Origin: a virus
Lineage: Duplodnaviria > Heunggongvirae > Uroviricota > Caudoviricetes
Length of the DNA stretch: 64,000 nucleotides
Virus record (IMG/VR): IMGVR_UViG_3300042484_003148
Coordinates: 131,284 to 195,283 of that record
Reading direction: 5' to 3' (one strand)
Shown here: one piece after another, positions 29,471 through 39,204 of the stretch
Position numbering within the stretch: the first letter of the stretch is position 1
Layout of the letters: the number at the start of each line of letters is the position of its first letter
Position numbers and translations under genes: made by a program
Notes under the pieces: model-generated
The model's database searches: none
Told to the model about the DNA's origin: nothing
The model's input: only the letters and a program-made list of their open reading frames with translations

Positions 29471-29638
29471 TTACAAGTTAATTTGTATTTTTGCTTTAGT
29501 TCTTAAAACTTCGTAAATTTCTTTGCAAAGTAAATACAAATGAATTGACTCATCATCAGATGGGGTTATACCTAATTTTTTCATGTGCGCTATTGTTTTA
29601 TTATAAACAATAATTTCACGATTTTCTAAGTTATTCAT
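29471..29638 (-). CDS. small paralog (55 aa) of the N-terminal half of 29076..29465
   Basis: MNNLENREIIVYNKTIAHMKKLGITPSDDESIHLYLLCKEIYEVLRTKAKIQINL aligns with RVYNKMVEHMKKLDIP...ILIYLLIQEIYNDIRENAKIQVAIE. Confidence 0.4.
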   Translation of the reverse strand: MNNLENREIIVYNKTIAHMKKLGITPSDDESIHLYLLCKEIYEVLRTKAKIQINL

Positions 29639-29669
29639 TACTGAATCTATTTATTTTAAATAGGATATC

Positions 29670-29960
29670 ATGAGTTATTTTAGTATTTACGATTATTACA
29701 AACCTACCGAATCAATTCCATTTTTTACGATTGATACCAGGTCAAGTGATAAATTTATTACATATAGAGAAGGTTCACACACTATGGACATGTTATCATT
29801 TAAATATTACAGGTCCAACTTATATGGCTGGTTAATATTACAAGGTAACGGTTTTATTGATGAAAATGATATTCCGGATGGAACTGTTTTAAGAATACCT
29901 TTTCCTTTAGAAGAAGTTAGATTTGAATTACAAACAAAAATACAAGCTGACCAAAAATAA
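29670..29960 (+). CDS. LysM-like tail protein X family
   Basis: 96 aa. REGSHTMDMLSFKYYRSNLYGWLILQGNGFIDENDIPDGTVLRIP matches the LysM-like signature of P2 gpX-type tail proteins (GDTLD..A.RYYG.......I..AN......L..G..L.IP). Confidence 0.45.
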   Translation: MSYFSIYDYYKPTESIPFFTIDTRSSDKFITYREGSHTMDMLSFKYYRSNLYGWLILQGNGFIDENDIPDGTVLRIPFPLEEVRFELQTKIQADQK

Positions 29961-29965
29961 TTTTT

Positions 29966-32900
29966 ATGCCAATTAATAATATTACAGACCCAAACGACAC
30001 ACTTATAATAGGTTCTAATTTAACTGAACAAAACTTGGTACCTGAATTACAAAATCAAGTACCTTATGTTGAGTTAGTTGTTTATAGAAATAAAGTTGCA
30101 GATTATTATGTTGCAGAGAATGGTGAAATAAAAGAATATATCACACAACAATCTGTTCCAATACCTTTAATGGGTTATGACCCATCAACAAATGTTTATG
30201 AAAATAATTTTGAAAGTGATAGTGATGTATTTCAAAATTTTGGTATTCTTTCAATTGATATAAATATCAAAAGTAAATTCATCCCAACTGTAAATATTAA
30301 ATTCATTGATGTTAAAGGACAATCAACATTTAATACAGACACTAAAACAAGTAATGCTGGTTATCGTAGTTTATTCGATTTACCACCAGCTACCTATGTC
30401 TTAAAAGTAAAGGGTGTTTTTGGTAATATTGTTAGATATGATTTACACTTACTTAAAACTAATAGTACTTTTAATTCTTCAAACGGTAATTTTGAAATAG
30501 CTTGTGAATTTGTTGGAAAATCATTTATCCCTTTAACTGATATAAAATTAGGCTGGATTAAAGCGGTTAGTAGAATGAATACACCTGATATTGATTCTAC
30601 TAACACCAATAATGGTTCTAATGTAAATAATTTTCAAGATTTGATTTGGCAAACTAAACAAATGTATAGTGATGTACGTAAATTAGTTAATGGTAGTAAA
30701 GAAACTGAAAAGTTAAATCAAAATAATATTAATAAAGATTTATGTGTTTCATATTTGGTTGATTTAAGAAAACGTTATGGAACTGTACTTAACAAAAGAA
30801 ATAACAACTCAAGTACAACACTAAACGAAACAAAAACCATAACATTATATAATCTTTATACGCACGGTTCATCATTTAACCCAGGTGAAGAAATATTTAT
30901 TGTATCAGGTAAGACTTATGAAGAGTTTTATGGTACTACTTACACTACAACAAGTACTGATATAACAAAAACAGTAGAAACTTTATACACTGAATTTAAT
31001 ACATATAAGACTGAGATAATTAGATTTAACAAAACAAAATATAAAGATTTAAATATTGACATAGTTGATACTGATTTAGAAGTATTTTATACTAAACCTG
31101 TAAGTTTATTTGACAATAATAACAATGGGTTATCAACTGACATAACTGTTTACTATAACTATACACCGTTATATAAAAAAATTCAAGAAGCTTCAACTAA
31201 AGCACAAAATGAATTAACTAAAACTGCTACTGATTTAGATAGTAAAATAAGTGAAATAGTAAATGATACAGTTGGTTTTGATTTAAAAATTAAAAAAGTT
31301 TTTGATATTTTAATGGGTGATGCTTCTAAGTTTTTAAGGTTATTAAAAGAATCTGGTGATATATCTGAAGATAGACGAAATTTAGTCAATTCAGGTGCTT
31401 CTACGATAAGGAATGATGTACCCTTAGTTGCATACCCTAGAGTTATTAATAATAACGGAGAGACGATATATCCGGGTGAAATGGAACAGTTTAAAAACTG
31501 GAAGGAAGTCAAGTTTGTTGAATCATTTCTTGATGCTTATTTAGCTACATTAAGAATCGACAAAGAGTTTCAAGATTCATTAGCAAATAGCGATGATTCA
31601 CCTAGAGAATATATTCCAATAGGTACTTTAGATTTTAATTCATTAAAATACAGAAGTAGTTCTAGTATGGATGATATTTTTACTAATTTATTTAAAAGAT
31701 ATTATATTTTAAGTCAGTATAGTTATAAAGGTAGATGGGAAAATAATGATATAGGGTTTTTTGAACGCCAAACGTTTTTTAATGCATTATATAAACAATT
31801 AGGTGAAAATGAATCTGAAAACGTATGTAGAAATATGTTTGATTTAACGTTATTAAAACAATTTAAAACTAATTTAACTGCAATAAAAAATGAAACACAA
31901 AAAAATGGTTTACAATATTTCTTAAACAATAGAAATAATTTTAGGAATACTGTTAGTACACTAAAAGAAGGGTTAAAACCTAACACAGGTACTAGTATAG
32001 ATGGTGAATTTATAACTATAAATAAAAAAGAAATTAAGGGTGAAAATTTATTTATAATACCTAAGCCTAAAATTTTCGATGCAACTACACTAGATAGACA
32101 AAAAGAAGAACCAACGGCAAGTTTACTTGATTCTATAACAGGTTTCTTTAGTTCATTTAATAGTTTTTTTAATAATATAACTAACTTATTTAAAACTGAT
32201 TTAGAACTAATAGGTATTGAAAAAATAACTGAAAATAATGTAACATTAATTATCGACAAAAGCATGTCTGAAAACACTGACGGTTATTACAGTGATTTTT
32301 ATGTTAGTACTGATAAAAACGTGTTATATAAACTTTGTGAAGAATATCTCACAGATAAAGCTAATTTTTTAACTGATAATAATAGTAGGTTTACTTATTT
32401 TGGTCAAAATACACCAAGGAATTATGAAAACTTAACAAATAAATTAAAACAAAAGTTTTCTTTACCTTCCATTGTTGAAATACCTAAAATTACGGTTATT
32501 AATATCGGTAGATTAATGTTTATTTACAGTGCATTACCTGAGTTAAATACTTCTGATAGAGAAATATTTATAGATGCATACAAAGAATACTTGCATAATG
32601 ACACTGAAAATATAATTAAAAAAGAAATTAGTATCATAAACGATTTCTTAAGTGTATCTAATGCAACTGAATATCTCGTAGATAAATTACCAAAAAATTC
32701 AGTTATTTATAGTTTACTAGAACCTATGTATATACAAAACAATAGTTCTTATACATTTCTATTACCTGAAGAGACCAATGATGATATAACAAAAGGTGAA
32801 TTCTTCCCATTAATTTCAGGTAACACTGAAAATTATAACACAAAAGACACACCAAATATTAATTTTACTGAGGTTTTAAATCAAATACAACCAAAAATTA

Positions 32901-34093
32901 AACTATTTCTTGATGCTTTTATTGATAACTCATTAAAAATATTAAATGAAAAAATAAAATCTATTGAAACAACTGAAAAAGATTTATCATCTAAAATAAA
33001 AGATAATGATGTTAAACGTCAAATTTATTATTCATTTAAAAACATATATGATAAATGGTTATCTGATGATGTTAAAATACCTGATGTAAATAATAGTAAT
33101 AATGGATACCTAGAAACTATATTTTTGGATTATGAAAACCAATTTCAATTTGTTGACCGTACTCTAAAAGATATTGGACCAGAAATGGTGATTGATATTG
33201 AACCATTAATTGAAGCTGTTGAAAGTGGACCAGATACATCTTTATACACAGGTATTAGTTTACTGTTATCTAAAAATAACTTTGAGTTCTTTCCATTACC
33301 TAACCTAATTAATTATGATGATAAAAATTTATGGTCTGATGTATTCAAAATAAATACATTTTTACAAACAACAAACAGAACTCAGTTTACCTGCATGTAT
33401 ATTGGTGGTTATAGTACATCTAAAGATGACTATGTGTCATTTACTGATAACAGACCTACAGATTTCACAAAAAACGATATAGGTGTTGTTAATTCATTTA
33501 ATGTATATTTTGGAAAACAAAATCAAATGATTTTTCAAGATATTAAATTAACAACAACTGATATTAAAGAAACTGGTGAAAGTTTAGCTTTAGTTGATAG
33601 AATATTTCAAAATAACGGAACAAATGTACCTGTTATTAAAACACAAAGTTTATTTGAAGTTTATGAAAAACGTGCATATGCTTGTGAAATGACAATACCT
33701 TTAGGTAATACATGTATTCAACCAACTTGTTATTTTGAATTAAAAAATGTACAAATGTTTAATGGGTGTTATATTATACTAGAAGTTAACCATAATATTG
33801 AAAGTGGTTCAAATACAGTTAAAACAACTATTAAAGGTACTAGAATAGGCAAGTTTCCACCACCAATAATAACTAAAATGATTGTGTTAATTAATGGACT
33901 AGAAGGTAATGTTGCTAAAATTATCGCAGACAATAGTGCAAATAGAAATACAACAAATGATAAATATGTAAACCCTGATTTTAATCCTAATACAATGACA
34001 AGACAATGGTCAAGAAAACAAGGTAAACAAACACCTAGTATTATTAGATACAACAGTAAAACAAGTGGTTTTGAATTTAAACCTGACATGTAA
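29966..34093 (+). CDS. large tail/baseplate structural protein (tape-measure or hub candidate)
   Basis: 1375-aa ORF directly after the tail X-like gene. Confidence 0.4.
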   Translation: MPINNITDPNDTLIIGSNLTEQNLVPELQNQVPYVELVVYRNKVADYYVAENGEIKEYITQQSVPIPLMGYDPSTNVYENNFESDSDVFQNFGILSIDINIKSKFIPTVNIKFIDVKGQSTFNTDTKTSNAGYRSLFDLPPATYVLKVKGVFGNIVRYDLHLLKTNSTFNSSNGNFEIACEFVGKSFIPLTDIKLGWIKAVSRMNTPDIDSTNTNNGSNVNNFQDLIWQTKQMYSDVRKLVNGSKETEKLNQNNINKDLCVSYLVDLRKRYGTVLNKRNNNSSTTLNETKTITLYNLYTHGSSFNPGEEIFIVSGKTYEEFYGTTYTTTSTDITKTVETLYTEFNTYKTEIIRFNKTKYKDLNIDIVDTDLEVFYTKPVSLFDNNNNGLSTDITVYYNYTPLYKKIQEASTKAQNELTKTATDLDSKISEIVNDTVGFDLKIKKVFDILMGDASKFLRLLKESGDISEDRRNLVNSGASTIRNDVPLVAYPRVINNNGETIYPGEMEQFKNWKEVKFVESFLDAYLATLRIDKEFQDSLANSDDSPREYIPIGTLDFNSLKYRSSSSMDDIFTNLFKRYYILSQYSYKGRWENNDIGFFERQTFFNALYKQLGENESENVCRNMFDLTLLKQFKTNLTAIKNETQKNGLQYFLNNRNNFRNTVSTLKEGLKPNTGTSIDGEFITINKKEIKGENLFIIPKPKIFDATTLDRQKEEPTASLLDSITGFFSSFNSFFNNITNLFKTDLELIGIEKITENNVTLIIDKSMSENTDGYYSDFYVSTDKNVLYKLCEEYLTDKANFLTDNNSRFTYFGQNTPRNYENLTNKLKQKFSLPSIVEIPKITVINIGRLMFIYSALPELNTSDREIFIDAYKEYLHNDTENIIKKEISIINDFLSVSNATEYLVDKLPKNSVIYSLLEPMYIQNNSSYTFLLPEETNDDITKGEFFPLISGNTENYNTKDTPNINFTEVLNQIQPKIKLFLDAFIDNSLKILNEKIKSIETTEKDLSSKIKDNDVKRQIYYSFKNIYDKWLSDDVKIPDVNNSNNGYLETIFLDYENQFQFVDRTLKDIGPEMVIDIEPLIEAVESGPDTSLYTGISLLLSKNNFEFFPLPNLINYDDKNLWSDVFKINTFLQTTNRTQFTCMYIGGYSTSKDDYVSFTDNRPTDFTKNDIGVVNSFNVYFGKQNQMIFQDIKLTTTDIKETGESLALVDRIFQNNGTNVPVIKTQSLFEVYEKRAYACEMTIPLGNTCIQPTCYFELKNVQMFNGCYIILEVNHNIESGSNTVKTTIKGTRIGKFPPPIITKMIVLINGLEGNVAKIIADNSANRNTTNDKYVNPDFNPNTMTRQWSRKQGKQTPSIIRYNSKTSGFEFKPDM

Positions 34094-34099
34094 AAAAAT

Positions 34100-34146
34100 A
34101 AAACCTACAAATTAATTGGATAAATAAAAATTAATTTGTAGGTTTG
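34100..34146 (+). repeat. hairpin repeat copy 1 (AAACCTACAAATT...AATTTGTAGGTTTGTTGAA)
   Basis: Stem AAACCTACAAATT/AATTTGTAGGTTT. The same stem sequence recurs at 34561..34606. Confidence 0.6.
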
Positions 34147-34554
34147 TTGAAACTAAACAACTTAACTATGAGTACAAAATTAAATTATGAAATTGTTTTT
34201 GACGATTTCGTCATTACTAATGATATTATAATATCAGCAAATAAACCTAAATACGGACATCATTATGTTAATAATTGGTTACCTATAACAATTCAATTAA
34301 ATGACCTAATTAGTAAATCCCCATCACAAACAATATATCACGGATTGGTACGTGAATTACAAAAAGGTAGTAATAAAAATAAAACCTTTAAAATTAGAAC
34401 ACTATCTTCAAATAAAGAAGAATATCAACAATGGGATATTGTAATAGATAAAATACTTTATATTGATTTTGGACAATTAAATGAATATTCTGAAAATAGT
34501 AACGGAATATGTACAATTGTAATACAACCTAAAGACTGTATATTAAATTATTAA
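34144..34554 (+). CDS. hypothetical protein flanked by paired hairpin repeats
   Basis: 136-aa ORF. Confidence 0.4.
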   Translation: MLKLNNLTMSTKLNYEIVFDDFVITNDIIISANKPKYGHHYVNNWLPITIQLNDLISKSPSQTIYHGLVRELQKGSNKNKTFKIRTLSSNKEEYQQWDIVIDKILYIDFGQLNEYSENSNGICTIVIQPKDCILNY

Positions 34555-34560
34555 CAAATA

Positions 34561-34606
34561 AAACCTACAATTTGTTTCATTTTATCGGAATAATTTGTAG
34601 GTTTGT
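34561..34606 (+). repeat. hairpin repeat copy 2
   Basis: AAACCTACAATTTG...TAATTTGTAGGTTTGTTGAA. Confidence 0.6.
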
Positions 34607-34621
34607 TGAAATGTTAGCAAG

Positions 34622-34783
34622 ATGAAATTAAACGTAACAATTTACTTAGCACATATTTTTACTTTTGGAAAAGATGCAAAACAAGTTTGGTTAAATGAAA
34701 CAACTGTAACCAAATCAGTTAATATTGACTTTATTTCAAAAAGAAAGACTAAAAACAGATTACTTATTTTACATAGATTATGA
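34622..34783 (+). CDS. micro-ORF 1 (53 aa)
   Basis: MKLNVTIYLAHIF...; the stop overlaps the next ATG (ATGA). Confidence 0.3.
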   Translation: MKLNVTIYLAHIFTFGKDAKQVWLNETTVTKSVNIDFISKRKTKNRLLILHRL

Positions 34784-34911
34784 AATTAAAAATCAACGGT
34801 AAACCTAAAATAATGTTTAATGAAACATTTGTAAAACAAATATTATGTCATGAAATATTATTTAATTTAGAATCATATCACTTAAACACTTTAATTATAA
34901 CTGAAAGATGA
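34780..34911 (+). CDS. micro-ORF 2 (43 aa)
   Basis: MKLKINGKPKIMFNE...LIITER; ATGA overlaps on both sides. Confidence 0.3.
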   Translation: MKLKINGKPKIMFNETFVKQILCHEILFNLESYHLNTLIITER

Positions 34912-35057
34912 AAATAAAATTTATTAAAAGAAGTGATTACAAATATAGTGCAACTTATATACATGATTGGTTGAATATTGGAATACTAAACCCGACATTA
35001 CATTCAGCTTTAGGTCAAAAACTGTATAAAAATACAATATATATTTACGGAAGATGA
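34908..35057 (+). CDS. micro-ORF 3 (49 aa)
   Basis: MKIKFIKRSDYKYSATYIHDW...IYIYGR; ATGA overlap with the 35054 gene. Confidence 0.3.
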   Translation: MKIKFIKRSDYKYSATYIHDWLNIGILNPTLHSALGQKLYKNTIYIYGR

Positions 35058-35392
35058 AAACACTAAGATTTTACAAAACAACAATAGGTGAATGGTTTAT
35101 TGATTTACCTGAATATCAAGGTTTTCAATCAGATTTGCAGATGGTTGAAGGTGCTGAGACTTTGTTAGATATTATTTCTGATAATAGTAATGAATGTGAA
35201 ATAACTATATCCGAAGACCCTTTCTACAAATGCAATGTTCTAGAATTAATAGGACCTAACACTGAATACAATAACGGTGCTTATTATTTTATTGAAGAAT
35301 ATAACGGTAAACAAATTAACCTAAAAATATGGTTGTGTGATGTAACTTTAGAGGTTATTGGCACGTTTCCAGAAGAAATATATTTTTATTAG
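35054..35392 (+). CDS. hypothetical protein
   Basis: 112-aa ORF that continues the ATGA-coupled chain. Confidence 0.45.
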   Translation: MKTLRFYKTTIGEWFIDLPEYQGFQSDLQMVEGAETLLDIISDNSNECEITISEDPFYKCNVLELIGPNTEYNNGAYYFIEEYNGKQINLKIWLCDVTLEVIGTFPEEIYFY

Positions 35393-35395
35393 AAT

Positions 35396-35827
35396 ATGTC
35401 AATATACAACCAACAAACAAAAACATGGTTAATTGATACATTAACCAACGGAACATTTGAATTAAAATATTTAGATTTGGTTGCCTTTCCGGAACTAAAT
35501 GAAACATTAATTTCAACAGACCCAACACCTGAAGCTTTAGCTAATTTACAATATATTATTGATAATATATACGAACCATGTTGTCAACAATATACGTCTA
35601 TAATTAAAGTTTTACCTTCTTATAGAAATTACGAAGTTAGTCAATATTTACAGACTGACGTGAATTCAGGGTATTTTACAGGAAATATACTAGTTCTTGA
35701 TATTGAATCAACCTTAAGAGGTATTAGTAATCATGATTTGTTTGATTATATAAAAAATAATATATATACCGATACATTAGTTTATAATAATGATAGTATA
35801 GTAGTTGGTTTGTATAAAAAAGAATAA
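35396..35827 (+). CDS. hypothetical protein
   Basis: 143-aa ORF. Confidence 0.45.
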   Translation: MSIYNQQTKTWLIDTLTNGTFELKYLDLVAFPELNETLISTDPTPEALANLQYIIDNIYEPCCQQYTSIIKVLPSYRNYEVSQYLQTDVNSGYFTGNILVLDIESTLRGISNHDLFDYIKNNIYTDTLVYNNDSIVVGLYKKE

Positions 35828-35833
35828 AAACAA

Positions 35834-35868
35834 AAAACCTCTCCTAAAATTAATTAAGAGAGGTTTTC
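35834..35868. terminator. bidirectional terminator (AAACCTCTC family)
   Basis: AAAAAACCTCTCCTAAAATTAATTAAGAGAGGTTTTC. Confidence 0.6.
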
Positions 35869-36831
35869 TATTTTCTGGATTCAGACATCTTTTTTTGTTG
35901 TTCAAATTCTTTAACTAATCTATCGAAATGTTTTTTTCTTTCATAAACAGTCATTATGTTTTTAACATCACTAAAAGAATAACCACCATGTTTAACTAAT
36001 ATACCTATTTCATCATTTATGTAGTTCTCATAATCAACCCATAATTTTAATGATTCTTCTGAACTATCGTTAAACTGGATAAAAAAAGTCTGGACCGATT
36101 GAAACCCTAGCTTGAAATGTTTGTCCTGTATCTGGACACGTAAATTCATACGTTAAATCCAAACCAGCTTCTACCTCATTAATTTTATTTCTTAGTTCTT
36201 TAGCTTCTCTAATTTGCATCCTATCCAAGAATAAATCATTCTTAGCTTTATTATCATTACCATTAATTGAAACAATTTGTGTTTTTAATTTATTCATAAT
36301 TAGATTATTTGCACCACCTAACATCTTAACTTCACTCTCAGATGTAGATTGCAATCTTCTCATTTCACCCATTGTCAGATATCTAAAAATAAATGTGTTA
36401 CCGTTTTTAGATACATATCTAAAATAACCGTCTTTATCATGAACATCACCAAATGGTCTAGTTTCAAATTTACCCAAATCAACAACTTCTTTAAATTCTA
36501 CACCTGTATATGGTGAAGTAACTATTGTTTCATACTCAGCACCATAAGCTGTAATCCTTAAGTTAAATAAAATTGCATCATAATCACCAGGTAATAACTG
36601 GTCTGGTTGCATACCTAAATCTTTAGCTTTCAATGAAATTAAAGTATCAAAAGCCTTGTTTGATTTAATTAAGTTAGGTGATAATAATATTGCTTCATCC
36701 TTCGCACACATACCTTCAACAGTTACCTGTGTCTTGCCATTAGGGTACAACACACCACCACTAGGTAAATCTACAACGTCAAACATTATATTACCAAACT
36801 CTGGTTTTTCGTTTAAATTATTTTGTTCCAT
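35868..36831 (-). CDS. hypothetical protein split by a +1 frameshift at a T7 tract (ORFs 36070..36831 and 35868..36149)
   Basis: The 253-aa and 93-aa ORFs overlap in different frames at the homopolymer 36081..36087 (A7 on plus, T7 on minus). Removing one base gives a continuous reading ...SIGPDFFIQFNDSSEE.... Confidence 0.4.
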
Positions 36832-37002
36832 AAAAAATTAATTTATTAGTCTTTTATTTAAATATAAAAATTTTATAAAAAATAGTATGTTTATTGAAAC
36901 TTTTTTTGTAAGTTTACGTTAGAATTAGAAAATGAGGTATAACGGCTACGGCTATGTGCAGTAGCGGATTTGAAACACAAAACTTTAAATAACAGATAAA
37001 TT

Positions 37003-37777
37003 ATGATAGTAGAACAAATGTTGAAGAACGCACAAACACCGCTATTGCATATAGCCGATGTTAGCGGTAGTGCTTTATTTCAAGGCGATTGCTTAGATAT
37101 TATGCCTTTGATACCTGATAAATCGGTGCAGTTAATTTTGGCTGATTTGCCTTATGGAACGACACAATGTAAATGGGATAGTGTTTTGCCTTTGGACTTA
37201 CTTTGGAAGCAATACGAAAGGATTATTACAGACAAAGGAGCAATGATTTTTACTGCTTCCCAACCATTTACAACAATATTGACTGCAAGTAACATAAACC
37301 ACTTTAAATATTCTTTGGTTTGGGTGAAAACAAAAGCAACTGGACACTTGGATGCAAAAAAAGAAGCCAATGAAAAAACACGAGGATATTTTGGTATTTT
37401 GTAAAAACGGATTTCCAAACTATTACCCACAAGGTCTAATTGATGGGGAGTTTAAGACTGGAAGAGATGTTGATATGGAAGGTAGAGTTTATGGACAATA
37501 CAAAAATCATAAAATATCTACAAAGGGTAACTATCCAAAAAGTGTTTTAGAAATACCAAACCCAAGCGGAAAGGGTAATTTGCATCCAACAGTAAAACCT
37601 ATTGATTTAATGAAGTGGTTTATTGAGCAATATTCACTTGAAAACGATATGGTATTAGATAACACAATGGGAAGCGGAACAACTTGTTTAGCTGCCAAAG
37701 AACTTAACCGTAAATTTATCGGGATAGAAAAGGAAGCCAATTATTATGAGATTGCTTGTCGAAGATGCGGTTTTTAG
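37003..37777 (+). pseudogene. beta-class N6-adenine/N4-cytosine DNA methyltransferase, frameshifted at an A7 tract
   Basis: ORF 37003..37404 carries the DLPYG (DPPY) motif. ORF 37352..37777 carries HEDILVF, HPTVKP and DNTMGSGTT (motif I). The frame switches (+1) at A7 37356..37362; an A6 tract lies at 37373..37378. The region is about 40% GC against roughly 30% in the flanks. Confidence 0.65.
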
Positions 37778-37967
37778 CATTACCGCTAACGTTAAAACGC
37801 TTGGCGAAGAAGCGGACTTGAAAGCACAAACTTTCAGTTTAGCACAAACGCCAATAGAAAGCACGAGTGTTCAATTTAGCACTAAACCCGCTTTTTTGCC
37901 AAACGTGTGTTATGTGCCGTTTTTTTTTTCGGAGTAGGATTTAATTAACAAAATAAAAAACAATAAA

Positions 37968-38306
37968 ATGGAATTTAAAAATTTATTACAAGACCACGAT
38001 TACTATTGCTCTGATAGCAATTATTATTCAAATGATGCAGGGCAAAAATGGGAAAACTTTCAGGATTTTTATGATGAATATAAAGATGCTGATGTAGATA
38101 TGAACTTAATATTTAGATGGGATATTAAGAAAAGAGATGACGGAATGTTATATATGGAAGTATTTATTATACACCAAAGAAAAGGGATTTTTGCACCACA
38201 TTTTATTGAGAATGTCGTGGAAAATGATTTTGAAAGTATAAAAACATTGCTTCAACCACATTTAGATAAATTGGCTAAAAATTGGCTTCCATTTACGGTG
38301 TCTTAA
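37968..38306 (+). CDS. hypothetical protein
   Basis: 112-aa ORF. Confidence 0.45.
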   Translation: MEFKNLLQDHDYYCSDSNYYSNDAGQKWENFQDFYDEYKDADVDMNLIFRWDIKKRDDGMLYMEVFIIHQRKGIFAPHFIENVVENDFESIKTLLQPHLDKLAKNWLPFTVS

Positions 38307-38349
38307 AATGGCACATAACTACTATATAGAAGAATGTATATTTAAATAA

Positions 38350-39165
38350 TTGATTATGAATGTAAAGGGTGAATCAACTCTCGAAAAATTAAAAAATATT
38401 TTAAGAGTTAAAAATTATAGTGATAAAACAATAAATAATTATATACACTGTGTTGGGGTTTTTATAAACTCACATAATAAACAAACTTATCATTTAAATG
38501 AACAAGATTTAAAAACATATCTTCTAAATTATAATTATAGTTCTGTTTCTCAACAAAATCAAATTATTTCTTCTCTAAAATTATTTTATAAATATATTTT
38601 GGAGAAGAAAAATATACACTTAGATAAAATAGAACGACCTCGTTCAGAAAAGAAATTACCGAAAATAATTGATTCAGAATCTATTTTAAATAACCTTTCT
38701 AAAATAGAAAATTTAAAGCATAGAACAATATTAAGTTTAACTTATAGCGTTGGTTTGAGAGTTTCAGAAGTCGTGAATTTAAAAATTGGTGATATTGATT
38801 CAAAAAGAATGATTATTAATATAATCAATGGAAAAGGCAGAAAAGATAGAATTGTTCCGCTATCTCAAAATATTCTTAATTTATTGCGTGAATATTATAA
38901 AGAATATAAACCGAAAGAATATTTATTTAACGGTCAAAATTCAAATCAATATTCTATAAAATCAATACAGAATATTTATAAAAAATATATTGATGATAAA
39001 ACATCTGTACATAATTTACGACATAGTTGTTTTACAAATTTATTAGAAAATGATACCGATATAATGATAATTAAAGAAATCGCAGGTCATTCAAATATTA
39101 AAACAACGCAAATTTATACTCACGTTTCGACTAAATTACTTAACAAAGTGAAATTACCAATATAA
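38350..39165 (+). CDS. tyrosine site-specific recombinase (XerC/D-like small integrase)
   Basis: 271 aa. C-terminus NLRHSCFTNLLENDTDIMIIKEIAGHSNIKTTQIYTHVS shows the R...H-x-x-R...Y catalytic pattern. Confidence 0.75.
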   Translation: MIMNVKGESTLEKLKNILRVKNYSDKTINNYIHCVGVFINSHNKQTYHLNEQDLKTYLLNYNYSSVSQQNQIISSLKLFYKYILEKKNIHLDKIERPRSEKKLPKIIDSESILNNLSKIENLKHRTILSLTYSVGLRVSEVVNLKIGDIDSKRMIINIINGKGRKDRIVPLSQNILNLLREYYKEYKPKEYLFNGQNSNQYSIKSIQNIYKKYIDDKTSVHNLRHSCFTNLLENDTDIMIIKEIAGHSNIKTTQIYTHVSTKLLNKVKLPI

Positions 39166-39169
39166 AAAT

Positions 39170-39200
39170 AAAACCTCTACCAATTAAGATAGAGGTTTTA
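39170..39200. terminator. bidirectional terminator
   Basis: AAACCTCTACCAATTAAGATAGAGGTTTTA. Confidence 0.55.
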
Positions 39201-39204
39201 ATAT

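Noticed and set aside
37746-37937. 63-aa ORF downstream of the MTase
   Set aside because: It lies in the GC-rich tail of the acquired islet. It overlaps the end of the MTase reading frame, has no start signal, and ends in a T-run terminator-like sequence.
10785-39200. The recurrent AAACCTCTC hairpins as a possible CRISPR array
   Set aside because: The copies are tens of kilobases apart, between genes and individually palindromic. They are terminators, not a repeat-spacer array. No CRISPR-like array was seen anywhere in the window.
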